From IMG/VR virus record IMGVR_UViG_2579779052_000009: a DNA stretch of 37,845 bases. The stretch is one strand, 5' to 3'. This document shows, one piece after another, positions 27,709-37,115 of this stretch (position 1 is its first letter; each line of letters begins with the position of its first letter). Source of the DNA: a virus. Its lineage: Duplodnaviria; Heunggongvirae; Uroviricota; Caudoviricetes. Under the pieces are notes generated by a model. That model ran no database searches and was not told the DNA's origin. It worked only from the letters and a program-made list of their open reading frames with translations. The translations under genes were made by a program, and so were the position numbers.

Positions 27709-28131
27709 TCAGAAAAGCCGTGGCTGCGTGCGTTCCTGATGCAGGCGACGCTGGTTGCGGATAACGGAGTAAATCTGCGTCTCTGACATCTGGTAGTGGC
27801 GGCGCAGGGTTTCAATTTTTTCGCCCTGGCTCCAGCGGGAAAAAATTTCATTATTGCGCAGTTCGGTGAAAAGGGATTCACCGACCGGGAGATAATAACC
27901 ACGCCCGCCCATGTACCCGGCCTGTGCGGCTGCAACCTTACGGGCAAGCATTCCCGCCTGAGCAGGTTCAATCCCCTGACGGTGCAGTTCAGCACTGATC
28001 ACATCAACCAGGTCCCGCAGCGTGCCGGGCCAGTTCTTTTTCAGCTCATCATCAGGAATATCATCCAGACGGTCAATCAGCGCGTGCAGCTGTTCGCTGT
28101 CACCAAACATGCTCATCTGTGTTTCAGCCAT
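27709..28131 (-). CDS. Mor/C-family late transcription activator
   Basis: 140 aa; C-terminal half (SRWSQGEKIETLRRHYQMSETQIYSVIRNQRR) resembles the Mor/C DNA-binding region as recalled; located between gemA and lys as in Mu. Confidence 0.65.
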   Translation of the reverse strand: MAETQMSMFGDSEQLHALIDRLDDIPDDELKKNWPGTLRDLVDVISAELHRQGIEPAQAGMLARKVAAAQAGYMGGRGYYLPVGESLFTELRNNEIFSRWSQGEKIETLRRHYQMSETQIYSVIRNQRRLHQERTQPRLF

Positions 28132-28164
28132 ACCCGCCTCCGGTCATCATTACACAGGGCAAGT

Positions 28165-28194
28165 TTAAAATAAAAATCCCGCGCTGTGGCGGGG
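28165..28194 (-). terminator. intrinsic terminator between gemA and the Mor/C gene
   Basis: On the - strand CCCCGCC-acagc-GCGGG followed by ATTTTTATTTT. Confidence 0.45.
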
Positions 28195-28201
28195 TTTGGG
28201 G

Positions 28202-28714
28202 TTAAAAGGGGGAGGATTCTTCATACAGCCTGCAAACGCGCTCATAACTCATCACTGTACGCGCTGACATCCCCAGCACATCCAGCATCTTGCGGCGGTG
28301 CCAGCGTTTGAGACGCTCCAGCACATCAGAGGCCAGCGCGGGGTGTTGTTCCAGCCACTGCCAGTTAGCCACACCTTCGCCGCCGTTCTGAGCGGCCGTC
28401 TGCGATTTCACCCAGCGGTTAAGGGCTGTTTCCCCGCCATCAGAGATAAAGCCCTGCCGGTGCATCACCTTCCAGATGGCGCGAATTTTGGCGGTCACCG
28501 TACCCGGTTTTAAGGCCCGGTTAACCGGCTTCTGACGCACTTTAAAACCGCGTTTTTTGAAAACATCCAGCACGCGGGATAACTCATCCGGTGACATATC
28601 CCGGCAACTGGGTTTGCCGGTGGCTGCCAGTAGTACGGATGTGTAGGTCTCATGGTCAAGCTGTAGATCGCGTTTTGCGACATGTATTAAGGTAATCAGG
28701 GAAGCGCGATTCAT
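28202..28714 (-). CDS. gemA: GemA/gp16-like regulatory protein
   Basis: 170 aa at the gemA position immediately upstream of the Mor/C gene. Confidence 0.6.
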   Translation of the reverse strand: MNRASLITLIHVAKRDLQLDHETYTSVLLAATGKPSCRDMSPDELSRVLDVFKKRGFKVRQKPVNRALKPGTVTAKIRAIWKVMHRQGFISDGGETALNRWVKSQTAAQNGGEGVANWQWLEQHPALASDVLERLKRWHRRKMLDVLGMSARTVMSYERVCRLYEESSPF

Positions 28715-28778
28715 TATCGTGTCTCCGTAACAACAGGCGGCATGGCAACGCCGCCCGGATAAAACTAAAGGTATCGAT

Positions 28779-29189
28779 ATGAAAATAGATTACGATGAAG
28801 TATTAAGTATTCTCACAACTTTTCAGGATGCTGAAACACCTTTCCTTACACTACAGGATCTGGGCATGGCTGAGGCAGAAGGAGAGGAAAAGGATAAAAA
28901 AGTTTTTCATCTTATGCTTCTCGCTGATAATGGCTCAATTGTTAATGGTGATATGCGGTCAGAAACACCAAAATATATTGGTTTCTTTTTTCATTCTCTG
29001 GGCGTTGGTTTCAGAAACACGCCCATTATGCTTACTCAGCAGGGGCATGATTTAGCTAACGCCCTGAGAAAAAAACCAATCCTTGAAAGAATCAAAAAGG
29101 AGTTTACAGACGCGCCATTTGATCTAATCAAAGAAGTTACCAAATCAATGTTAACCAGGTTCGTCAAAGAACGTATTGGGATTGACTAA
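28779..29189 (+). CDS. hypothetical protein (136 aa), AT-rich opposite-strand insertion in the early region
   Basis: Only + strand gene inside the - strand early operon; markedly AT-rich codon usage; AAGG Shine-Dalgarno before ATG; no family assignment. Confidence 0.5.
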   Translation: MKIDYDEVLSILTTFQDAETPFLTLQDLGMAEAEGEEKDKKVFHLMLLADNGSIVNGDMRSETPKYIGFFFHSLGVGFRNTPIMLTQQGHDLANALRKKPILERIKKEFTDAPFDLIKEVTKSMLTRFVKERIGID

Positions 29190-29459
29190 ACAACTTAATT
29201 CAGCCAGTAATCGCAGGGCGGCGACAGCCGCCTGCTTGTCACTTCTTTTAGCTATTTCCGCAAGGGTATGCACAATCCATAACGGACTTAACGCTACGGC
29301 TGAATCCAGAATCATGTCATCCATAATAATTTCTGGCATATCCCGCTTGTCACATTCTTTATCCATAAAAGAAACGAATTTTTCAGCATCTTCCGGTTTC
29401 ATCCCTCCGGCGATAAGGATTTTGCGATATTCATAAGACGATCTTAATTCAATACTCAT
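29151..29459 (-). CDS. hypothetical early protein (102 aa)
   Basis: AGGTGA Shine-Dalgarno 4 nt upstream of ATG; 3' end overlaps the 3' end of the + strand gene. Confidence 0.45.
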   Translation of the reverse strand: MSIELRSSYEYRKILIAGGMKPEDAEKFVSFMDKECDKRDMPEIIMDDMILDSAVALSPLWIVHTLAEIAKRSDKQAAVAALRLLAELSCLVNPNTFFDEPG

Positions 29460-29474
29460 TATTCACCTGCCTGC

Positions 29475-29825
29475 TTAATCTGTTTCCAGTGCTTTGCTAC
29501 GAGCTATAGCCTCACATTCAAAAAATACCGACTCCGGCACGCGCCCTTTTAATTCACGAACAAGGAAGTCATTAACGCGTTCATGACGTCTTATATTTCT
29601 TTCCTTTTCCTCCTGGCGCAATACAGCAAGGCGGTATTCAACAGCCCGGCGTTGTTTCTGAAAGACAGCCAGTGCTTTTCTGGCAGCATTACGCCATGCA
29701 TCATCGCCACATGGTGCGTATTCAAGCTGAAATTTAATCTCTTCAATAGTTTCTTTGATTTTTGCCAGCAAGCTAAGACAGTCGCTTATTGTCTCCAGCT
29801 TTTCATTATCAATATAACTTCTCAC
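29475..29825 (-). CDS. hypothetical early protein
   Basis: Start placed at GTG with GGAGGT Shine-Dalgarno and GTGA overlap with the upstream stop; the track ORF starts 14 codons earlier. Confidence 0.4.
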   Translation of the reverse strand: MRSYIDNEKLETISDCLSLLAKIKETIEEIKFQLEYAPCGDDAWRNAARKALAVFQKQRRAVEYRLAVLRQEEKERNIRRHERVNDFLVRELKGRVPESVFFECEAIARSKALETD

Positions 29826-30151
29826 GCATTCACCTCCCGTAATTCCGGTAAAGCCGAAATATGACACCAGTGCGTCACCTGTCCGTCTTCATCTTCAAGG
29901 CAGGCTCCGGTTTCTTCATCAACAAAAAAGCCTTCATACCCCATATGGCCGATGCGCAGCTCCTGACGGTGACCATACTGAACAATCAGCACGACAGCCT
30001 CCATATCAGGTGGGAAAGCATCATTCAGTGAATGCCAGGGATAACCGCGTAAATCCCCGAAATAAACACCGGTCAGCGTTCCGCCACAGAGCGGCATTCC
30101 GGCGGCACACACAAGAGGTTCATCTGATTCAACAAATAAGGTCGTTATCAT
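29822..30151 (-). CDS. hypothetical early protein (109 aa)
   Basis: ORF in operon context with coupled start/stop. Confidence 0.4.
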   Translation of the reverse strand: MITTLFVESDEPLVCAAGMPLCGGTLTGVYFGDLRGYPWHSLNDAFPPDMEAVVLIVQYGHRQELRIGHMGYEGFFVDEETGACLEDEDGQVTHWCHISALPELREVNA

Positions 30152-30699
30152 GGCGTTAACTCCCGTAATACAGCGTCCTCGGCAGTCCGGCGACGGTAAT
30201 AAACTGCGTGAGCAGAATGTTCAGATATTCCAAACTTTTCGCCAATTTCCCGGAATGACAGACGGCGTGGGTAATCGGAATCACGCAGCGCACGTATAAG
30301 ACGTACATCATCATCAGATATGCGCGTGCCGGGGCGTAACTCTCCGCACTTTGTTAATCCAGCACCAATCATTCCTGCCCGACATCTGACAGAATCTTTA
30401 TTACGTCCGAGATATTCTCCCATTTGCTGGCAGGTCATTGTTCTGGCATTGTTTCGAATAAACTTATCTTCATCAGGTGTAAATCTTGGGTGTTTATATT
30501 TCAGTAACTCCGGGTATGAACTGCGCAATACACCAGTCCGGTTATATACAGCCCAGACAGTTCTTTTTATTCTGGCAGCAATATCCTTAACCGGGGTGGA
30601 TGAATAAAGCGCAATCAGCAGCGCATCTTCTTCAGGTGTCCACGGACGGACATGAGCGGGGGCGCGACCTTTTCGCCCCATGGGTTGTAAAATCATCAT
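30148..30699 (-). CDS. putative DNA-binding protein with repeated HTH-like segments
   Basis: Two related segments (WTPEEDALLIALY... and FTPDEDKFIRNN...) and a C-terminal SFREIGEKFGISEHSA HTH-like stretch. Confidence 0.4.
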   Translation of the reverse strand: MMILQPMGRKGRAPAHVRPWTPEEDALLIALYSSTPVKDIAARIKRTVWAVYNRTGVLRSSYPELLKYKHPRFTPDEDKFIRNNARTMTCQQMGEYLGRNKDSVRCRAGMIGAGLTKCGELRPGTRISDDDVRLIRALRDSDYPRRLSFREIGEKFGISEHSAHAVYYRRRTAEDAVLRELTP

Positions 30700-30702
30700 A
30701 CA

Positions 30703-31218
30703 TCACCCCCTGACTCGCTTTTCAGCAGCATAAAACTCATCAGACAGTATTTCGGTCATTTTCTGTTTTGCGGGTTTTACGCCGCACTGAAGGTAAATCA
30801 CATCGTCAACGCAGAACCACTTCACAGGGCCAAACAGGATTGCCGAGAAATCAATACCCAGCCAGAACAACAGCGCATCGGTTCTGGCATACGTGACGGG
30901 CGAATATTCACGCCACAGACTGTTCAGTTCATCAGAGGCAACACGCAGGGTTTTAGGGATACGTGATGTGCGCGGTGTGCAGCTCCAGCCATTCGACGCA
31001 GTCGGTTTTCGCCATAAGTCGCGATGAAAAGGATATTTGTCCTCCGTAAAACGCAGTCCCTTAAAGCAAAATCCACTGATACCGGATACAAATACCGACC
31101 GGCACGCAACATTCAGCACGGCCTCAAGGCGTTTTGCCTCATCCTTAACTTTCTGGCAGTCCTGCTGGTATTTTTGCCACGCAGCCAGCGCGGAAGGGTT
31201 TGATGTTTTAAAGAACAT
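30703..31218 (-). CDS. hypothetical early protein (171 aa)
   Basis: ORF in operon context. Confidence 0.4.
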   Translation of the reverse strand: MFFKTSNPSALAAWQKYQQDCQKVKDEAKRLEAVLNVACRSVFVSGISGFCFKGLRFTEDKYPFHRDLWRKPTASNGWSCTPRTSRIPKTLRVASDELNSLWREYSPVTYARTDALLFWLGIDFSAILFGPVKWFCVDDVIYLQCGVKPAKQKMTEILSDEFYAAEKRVRG

Positions 31219-31751
31219 TACGCCACCTCCGCAGATATCCCGGCAGGCGCTGCTGTCCGGTCAACAATCAGGTAGCGCAGAACATGTTCAGTGATATTCC
31301 AGCCGCTTAAACCGCAGATAATGACGCCCAGGCGTATGTCGATATACGCCATCACAAACTGGGGCACGCCTTCTTTCATGGCCTGCTCATCAACTTCAGC
31401 CACCACATAAACGGTTTCACAGGTCAGAACGCCCTGAGCAAATTCCCACGCCATCGACGGAATATCATGCCCCTCAATCCATGGCAGGGATTTTCTGAAG
31501 CCGCACCACTGAACATCATCAGCCGCAGATTCCTGGCTGCATTTGCGACGAACCGGCTGCACCGGGCGGGGGCGCGGAATATCATAAAAACCGTTACATT
31601 CCGTCAGCACGCCTGCATCAACCGCATCACGCAGAAAATAAACCATGGAGGATGGCGGCATATTCATTTTTTCAGCCAGTACACCGCAGGTCAGGCGGCC
31701 ATAAATACACAGCCAGTTTTTAACCCCTTCAAGCACTTTTGCATCAATCAT
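31218..31751 (-). CDS. hypothetical early protein (177 aa)
   Basis: ORF in operon context; preceded by a 145-bp AT-rich gap. Confidence 0.4.
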   Translation of the reverse strand: MIDAKVLEGVKNWLCIYGRLTCGVLAEKMNMPPSSMVYFLRDAVDAGVLTECNGFYDIPRPRPVQPVRRKCSQESAADDVQWCGFRKSLPWIEGHDIPSMAWEFAQGVLTCETVYVVAEVDEQAMKEGVPQFVMAYIDIRLGVIICGLSGWNITEHVLRYLIVDRTAAPAGISAEVA

Positions 31752-31896
31752 GATTTATTTCCCCACCACATTATTAATGACGATATAAACGTATTTCATA
31801 TTTCTTAACCCTTATTTTCTGTTTTCAGGCGCAAGCAGTCCCCTGACGCGAGCGCCATAATTAAAATGAAGTGATATTTAATTGATTAATGCGGTG

Positions 31897-32427
31897 TTAT
31901 TTATTCAGTCCGGCGTCCTGTTCAAAAGGCTCGACATAAAAACTTTCAGCGCCTTTATTCACCTTGATACCGGCAATGCCTTTCACAGCATCCGGCTCCG
32001 CCAGGACGGCTTCCTTGTTCACTTCCTCTTTCGTGCGGATGAAACGCTCAAGCCCCATACGGCGCAGCATTTCAATCACACCTTCCACATCACGGCTGAC
32101 GCTGCATGATGGCGTTCCCAGCCGCCATGACACCGTTCCGGTGGTCAGATTGGCTGTTTTGGTTTTGCCGCCGTTCGTCAGCTCATCACGGTTGGTTTTG
32201 CACCAGTCCTGAATCCCTTTAAAAAGCACTTTGATTTGCTTTTTAAGATTTTCAATCTGCGGCGTATAACGGGCGGTGATTTCTGCCACTTCGTCATTCA
32301 TCGCCGTTTCCAGGCGCAGCGCCTCTCGCTGAATATCTCCCAGGGTGCGGATATCACGGCTGACTTCTTCCCGGGTCTGCGGTGCCGCCTCGGCTGCGGC
32401 CTTTAATTTTGTAACGCGTTTAGCCAT
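31897..32427 (-). CDS. gam: host-nuclease inhibitor Gam
   Basis: Translation (LETAMNDEVAEIT..., NRDELTNGGKTKTANLTTGTVSWR, RFIRTKEEVNKEA, PFEQDAGL) closely tracks Mu Gam as recalled; 176 aa. Confidence 0.8.
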   Translation of the reverse strand: MAKRVTKLKAAAEAAPQTREEVSRDIRTLGDIQREALRLETAMNDEVAEITARYTPQIENLKKQIKVLFKGIQDWCKTNRDELTNGGKTKTANLTTGTVSWRLGTPSCSVSRDVEGVIEMLRRMGLERFIRTKEEVNKEAVLAEPDAVKGIAGIKVNKGAESFYVEPFEQDAGLNK

Positions 32428-32438
32428 TTTGTTTTTCC

Positions 32439-32732
32439 TTATTGCAGTGTGCCTGATGCTTTATGCACGCGGTGGCGTTTAATGATGGCATCCGCTCCAA
32501 AAGACTGTGCAGATGCCTGAAATTCCGCTGAGAGAAACTGAATAATTGCAGGACTGTGATACTGGAGAATACTTGCATAAACGTCACAGAGTGACGTCGG
32601 CCTGTTATCCGTATCACGTTCTGTTTTCACATCCACTCCAATCTTTTCATGCACTTCAACACAGTCATTGCCTGCCAACTTTTCGTCATGCGAAACATGA
32701 TTAAATTCAAAAATAACGCGTACTTTGCTCAT
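32439..32732 (-). CDS. small early protein, tandem paralog A
   Basis: Start moved to internal ATG (MSKVRVIFEFNH) with AGGGG Shine-Dalgarno; N-terminus matches the upstream neighbour. Confidence 0.45.
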   Translation of the reverse strand: MSKVRVIFEFNHVSHDEKLAGNDCVEVHEKIGVDVKTERDTDNRPTSLCDVYASILQYHSPAIIQFLSAEFQASAQSFGADAIIKRHRVHKASGTLQ

Positions 32733-32736
32733 GGAA

Positions 32737-33009
32737 TTACCCCTGTTGATTAAATTCATTACCGTTAATAACCCCGGAAGCCATGCCTCTGTCTTTCATG
32801 AATGCACTGGCTTTCATTGCCACAAACTCTGCGAAGTTTCTGCTTTCTGCCAGCATAACCACCCCAAAAATCATGGCGGGTCCATTATCTTTCTTCTTTA
32901 TTCCGGTTGAACGTATATCCAGACTTACCCCTCTGTGCGTGCTGCCATCAGAGTTTTTGCAGATAACATCTTCCTTGTATTCGAAAATAATGCGTACGAC
33001 TTTACTCAT
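32737..33009 (-). CDS. small early protein, tandem paralog B
   Basis: MSKVVRIIFEYKED N-terminus parallels paralog A; 90 aa. Confidence 0.45.
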   Translation of the reverse strand: MSKVVRIIFEYKEDVICKNSDGSTHRGVSLDIRSTGIKKKDNGPAMIFGVVMLAESRNFAEFVAMKASAFMKDRGMASGVINGNEFNQQG

Positions 33010-33287
33010 CCTCTGGTCCTCGTTCTGTTTGGATAACTGACCCGGCGTCTAACCTCACGGCAGAACCGAATCATGGCATTAAAGGCTTCTTCCTCCGTCA
33101 CCGCTTCCGGTATCCCCGGAACCAGTAACTGCTCCTGTTCATCACGTCCATGACGCGCCATAACCTCAATCACATGCCGTACCGTGGCAGGCTTTCCGGC
33201 AACTATCGGCAATGCACCTTCCGGCAGGACGTAACCAAACTCAATAAGACCACTCGACCACGCCCATGCAATGAGATTTTTTTTCAC
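33006..33287 (-). CDS. hypothetical early protein (93 aa)
   Basis: ORF with coupled start/stop. Confidence 0.4.
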   Translation of the reverse strand: MKKNLIAWAWSSGLIEFGYVLPEGALPIVAGKPATVRHVIEVMARHGRDEQEQLLVPGIPEAVTEEEAFNAMIRFCREVRRRVSYPNRTRTRG

Positions 33288-33288
33288 C

Positions 33289-33555
33289 TCACACCTCCCA
33301 GTAAACCGTGCAGCCGCTGATGCGGGTGGCCTTCACACGGCGGCGCAGGCCGTTGGTCTGTATGGTGATTTCAATTTCACCGGTTCCCTGCACGTTGCCT
33401 ACCGGCGGCGTGGTTTTCAGTGCAAAACGTTGCGGATAGCGCTTACTGCGTTCCAGTACCGCACCGGCAAGTTCGGTCAGACGGCGCGCGCTGTTCAGGG
33501 AGTCGAATAAATTCATTTTGTTACCGCAGGATTGCATATTCATATAACACCTCAT
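33289..33555 (-). CDS. hypothetical early protein (start uncertain)
   Basis: ORF directly following the kil-position gene. Confidence 0.35.
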   Translation of the reverse strand: MRCYMNMQSCGNKMNLFDSLNSARRLTELAGAVLERSKRYPQRFALKTTPPVGNVQGTGEIEITIQTNGLRRRVKATRISGCTVYWEV

Positions 33556-33783
33556 TTAGCTGACTTGTTTCGCACCAACAGAACGGCATATTCCGCTGTA
33601 AACTTCTGTCGCACCTTCGCGATCAAGTCCGGCAGATATCACCATTCGTGTGCGGTCATTAAATTCAAAAAGTAAATCGCCACATTCTTTATTTTCGGCC
33701 AGTGAAATCACCTTCACGTTATCGAAATTAACCAGGTAAAAGCGTCCGTAAATATCAGGAATATTAAATACCGCCATAATCAC
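33556..33783 (-). CDS. small protein at the Mu kil position
   Basis: 75 aa immediately downstream of B, overlapping its stop; assignment is positional only. Confidence 0.4.
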   Translation of the reverse strand: MIMAVFNIPDIYGRFYLVNFDNVKVISLAENKECGDLLFEFNDRTRMVISAGLDREGATEVYSGICRSVGAKQVS

Positions 33784-34721
33784 ACCTGTGAGAGTAATTC
33801 AGGGTTGGTATAAACCTCTTTAAAGGCCGCATTAATATGTTTTTCTGTCAGCGCCGCGCCTTCACCGCTGGCGGTGAGCCACGCCTGGTTAAGCGTATGT
33901 GTCAGAACGCGTAACGCTCCCGGCTTTTCAGCGATAGCCTGCATGACGGCCAGCTCAGCCTCACCACTGATCCCCCACGCCATGGCAATGGCCAGCACAT
34001 CCGCCTTTTTGGCCTTGCGAAGTTGTTTTGTACGGGCAAGACGGCTGAACAGGCGCGATAAATCATCAAAGGCGCGGCGTCCACCTTTAAACAATCCGCG
34101 CGGGTTACCAATAAGCACCATCCCGATCCCCGAGGCGTCCTGAATTGCCCGGAGTTGCTCCAGACCGTCAATACCAAGATGATCCGCCTCATCCACAATC
34201 ACCAGTCCACGCGTTCCCATCAGGCGACGGCGGATGGCGCGGGATAATGCCCCTTTGTTCGCGCGGGTGTAATCAATCCCCAGCGCATCGGCCAGCTCCA
34301 GCAGACACTCCGTGACGCTGGAGTGCGCGGGTGACAGGGTGATCATCCAGGTGTTTGGTTGCTCCTGGCAGTAATTACGGGCAGTGGCCGTTTTACCCAC
34401 ACCCGGTACGCCCACAATAACGTTAATACAGCCCATCAGGCGAACCGCCTGAAACAGTGCGCGCAGCTCCTGGACTGTCTGAGTTTCCACAAACTGCGGC
34501 GGTTCCGGCAGTGCGCTTTGTTTATTCCAGTTCTCATACCAGGAGCGCAGGGAAGCAGCCACAGCAGCGTTATCGCCTTTATATTTTCCCTTACGGAAAG
34601 CCGATAATGTGCCGTCGGAAATTCCCGCCTCTCTGGCGATGGCATACTGCGTCAGTACGCCGCCATCAATAAGTTCATCAATGGTCTTGATTACATCGTT
34701 AATATCGGTCATATTATTCAC
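33780..34721 (-). CDS. B: transposition ATPase B (AAA+)
   Basis: Walker A GVPGVGKT and Walker B-like LVIVDEAD; N-terminal HTH-like segment; directly downstream of the transposase. Confidence 0.8.
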   Translation of the reverse strand: MNNMTDINDVIKTIDELIDGGVLTQYAIAREAGISDGTLSAFRKGKYKGDNAAVAASLRSWYENWNKQSALPEPPQFVETQTVQELRALFQAVRLMGCINVIVGVPGVGKTATARNYCQEQPNTWMITLSPAHSSVTECLLELADALGIDYTRANKGALSRAIRRRLMGTRGLVIVDEADHLGIDGLEQLRAIQDASGIGMVLIGNPRGLFKGGRRAFDDLSRLFSRLARTKQLRKAKKADVLAIAMAWGISGEAELAVMQAIAEKPGALRVLTHTLNQAWLTASGEGAALTEKHINAAFKEVYTNPELLSQV

Positions 34722-34794
34722 CTCGCTTGAGACAGCATTCTCCGAGACTGAAACCTCAAATAACCTGAGTCACCCCTCGGGTTATTTTTTTATT

Positions 34795-36882
34795 TCAGGC
34801 CAGCGGATCACTTTCTTTTAATTTCGCTTCGAGCAGTTGCAATCCCCGCTGGAAATTACGCTCGTATTCTTCATCAGGTTCATCGTCAGCGACCGGTTGC
34901 TGAACGGTCACCGTATTACCCACAGGGCGGTATATGTTTTCCAGCCAGGGCTCCTGCGGCTTGTGCTCCAGCACGTTGACAACCTCATCCTCGGCATCAC
35001 GGATTTTTTCCTCTGCGCGTTTACGCATGCCTTTAAGGCGCTGCTGCTGTTTGTAGTATTCCGCGCTGACAGGGAAGGCTTCGCGTTTATTGCCGTCCCA
35101 TACCGCCTCGCAAATCACGCTGCCATCCGGGCGGCGCACGGTAATTCGTTCGGCATCATGAATGTCATAGCTGATAAGTACCTTACGGCCATGCTCGTCA
35201 CGCAGCTCGGGCGCGTAGTAAATATTATTCAGCCAGCGTATTTCACAGCGTCTTACAGGGCGCTCCACCATCGGCCGGAACATATCCCGCAGTTCAACAT
35301 CGGACAGCCATTCAATTTCCGTGTCCTCTTCCGCCAGGCGTTTTTTTCTGAACTCCGCCGGGCTGTAATGTTTACCGTTCGGCTTCATGGGTAATTCATC
35401 GTGCGGCCGGTTGTTGTACCACTCAACACCGTCACGAATGGCATCAATCAGTTCAGACCAGGACGGTAAATCACGCATCGCTGACTGCTGCCGGGCGTTC
35501 AGCCGTTTGCCCTGTTGCAGGGCACTGAATGCCGAGCGTAAATCGCGGTTGGTTTTACGTAACGTCTCGCGATCTGCTCCTTTCCCGAAATAGGTGCGGT
35601 ATTTACGGGCTATGCGCATCGGTAATGTGCGGTTAAGCCGTTCGATAATGCCCCGTCCCTGCGGATTACCGGCAATCCCTGTCGGGTGATTAATCCCCAG
35701 TCGTGGCAGTATCCCCACAATCTCCTTATCCAGGACGTCGGCGGTTTCCCCGGAGCCATTATCCGAGTAATACAGAAACGGTTTGCCATGATGGCGAATA
35801 CCGTGCTGTATGGCACCGGCTACGGCGAAAACATTTTCAGCCAGGTCAAGGCTCCAGCCCACCACAAAGCGCGTGCCACCGTCGATAACAAAGGTCACTT
35901 CCGGTGCGAATGGCCGCCCGTGAACCGGGTGCGCGCATTTCAGCTTCATGCCGTGACCGTCACCAATCCAGACATAATTCACCGGCATTCTGGACCAGTC
36001 GCGGCGCGTGAATCCCTCAAGCTGACGGTATTCACTGCCAGTTACCCGGCCTTTTTGTTTCACCACTTCCGGCAGTTTCTTCATTGCGCGGCGAATGGTG
36101 TCATAAGAGGGCATGATATCGAGCATATAAGGCTCATCAGCGTGCCGGTGCTGCCATTCAGCAACAAAATCCTCGTAAGCCTCGGTCATTGGTCGGCCGT
36201 TTGACTGGCGATGCTGCGCCAGAAATTCGGGCAGCCAGTTAATATCTTCGGCTTTTATTTCCTGGCGTTTACCCGGTGCCAGTAAAAGCAGGCGTTCAGC
36301 GGCGTTCTGTGCCTTGTTAAAGGCCGCAATCCAGCGTTTCAGCGTGATTTCACTCAACGCACGGCTGTTTCCCTTTTTGGCGTTCGCCGTCTCAACCATT
36401 GCCACAATGCGCTCGTCCAGTTGCGAACGTGCCAGGTTGTCAACGATAAACCGGATAGCCTTCGCACAGCTGAAACCAGGTTGTTGCGCGACTTTCAGAA
36501 CTTCGCTGACGATCGCGATTCGTGCATCAGCCACCTGGCGCTGGTTTTCAGTCAGGGCATTGAGGCGTTCGACCATCAGTTGTGGTGATCCGCGATATGC
36601 CTCCACCGCATCAACCACGGCAGACGAGCGTCTGGCCTTTGTCACCACCGGAGCCGGTGATTCATCGGCTTTTTGCGTCATCAGTTGCAGGGCATAACGT
36701 TCGCGTAATGCCTGCTGTGTCACTTCAGGTAAACAGTCAATGCTGTATTCAAAACCTTTAGCGCCTTTCTTGCGGCGTCTGCTGGTTTCGCTGGTTGCAT
36801 ACTTCCTGATTGAATAGCGAACGCCTTGCTCCGTTCCCGGCATCCCCGGTAATCCAACCAGTTCTTTGACTGAAGCAAACAT
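34795..36882 (-). CDS. A: Mu-type DDE transposase A
   Basis: 695 aa, downstream of ner and upstream of B. Confidence 0.8.
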   Translation of the reverse strand: MFASVKELVGLPGMPGTEQGVRYSIRKYATSETSRRRKKGAKGFEYSIDCLPEVTQQALRERYALQLMTQKADESPAPVVTKARRSSAVVDAVEAYRGSPQLMVERLNALTENQRQVADARIAIVSEVLKVAQQPGFSCAKAIRFIVDNLARSQLDERIVAMVETANAKKGNSRALSEITLKRWIAAFNKAQNAAERLLLLAPGKRQEIKAEDINWLPEFLAQHRQSNGRPMTEAYEDFVAEWQHRHADEPYMLDIMPSYDTIRRAMKKLPEVVKQKGRVTGSEYRQLEGFTRRDWSRMPVNYVWIGDGHGMKLKCAHPVHGRPFAPEVTFVIDGGTRFVVGWSLDLAENVFAVAGAIQHGIRHHGKPFLYYSDNGSGETADVLDKEIVGILPRLGINHPTGIAGNPQGRGIIERLNRTLPMRIARKYRTYFGKGADRETLRKTNRDLRSAFSALQQGKRLNARQQSAMRDLPSWSELIDAIRDGVEWYNNRPHDELPMKPNGKHYSPAEFRKKRLAEEDTEIEWLSDVELRDMFRPMVERPVRRCEIRWLNNIYYAPELRDEHGRKVLISYDIHDAERITVRRPDGSVICEAVWDGNKREAFPVSAEYYKQQQRLKGMRKRAEEKIRDAEDEVVNVLEHKPQEPWLENIYRPVGNTVTVQQPVADDEPDEEYERNFQRGLQLLEAKLKESDPLA

Positions 36883-36884
36883 AA

Positions 36885-37115
36885 TTACGCGACCTTACGA
36901 ATGTAGCGGCTGGGCCAAATCTCCTCGGGCGGCACCCCCAGGCATTCCGCGATAATCCCCTCATACTTGGGAACATGGCGGTATACCGCGTTGTACAGAT
37001 TGTTCTGACCCACGCCAGCTTTACGGGCCAGCGCCCTCATGCTTCCTTCTCTGGCTCTGACTTCCCCCAAAATTCTTTGAGGATGCCAATCAGGCTTAAC
37101 TTCATTTCTCGCCAT
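36885..37115 (-). CDS. ner: Ner-like DNA-binding regulator
   Basis: 76-aa protein with an HTH-like segment (ALARKAGVGQNNLYNAV), first gene of the early operon, divergent from the repressor. Confidence 0.7.
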   Translation of the reverse strand: MARNEVKPDWHPQRILGEVRAREGSMRALARKAGVGQNNLYNAVYRHVPKYEGIIAECLGVPPEEIWPSRYIRKVA

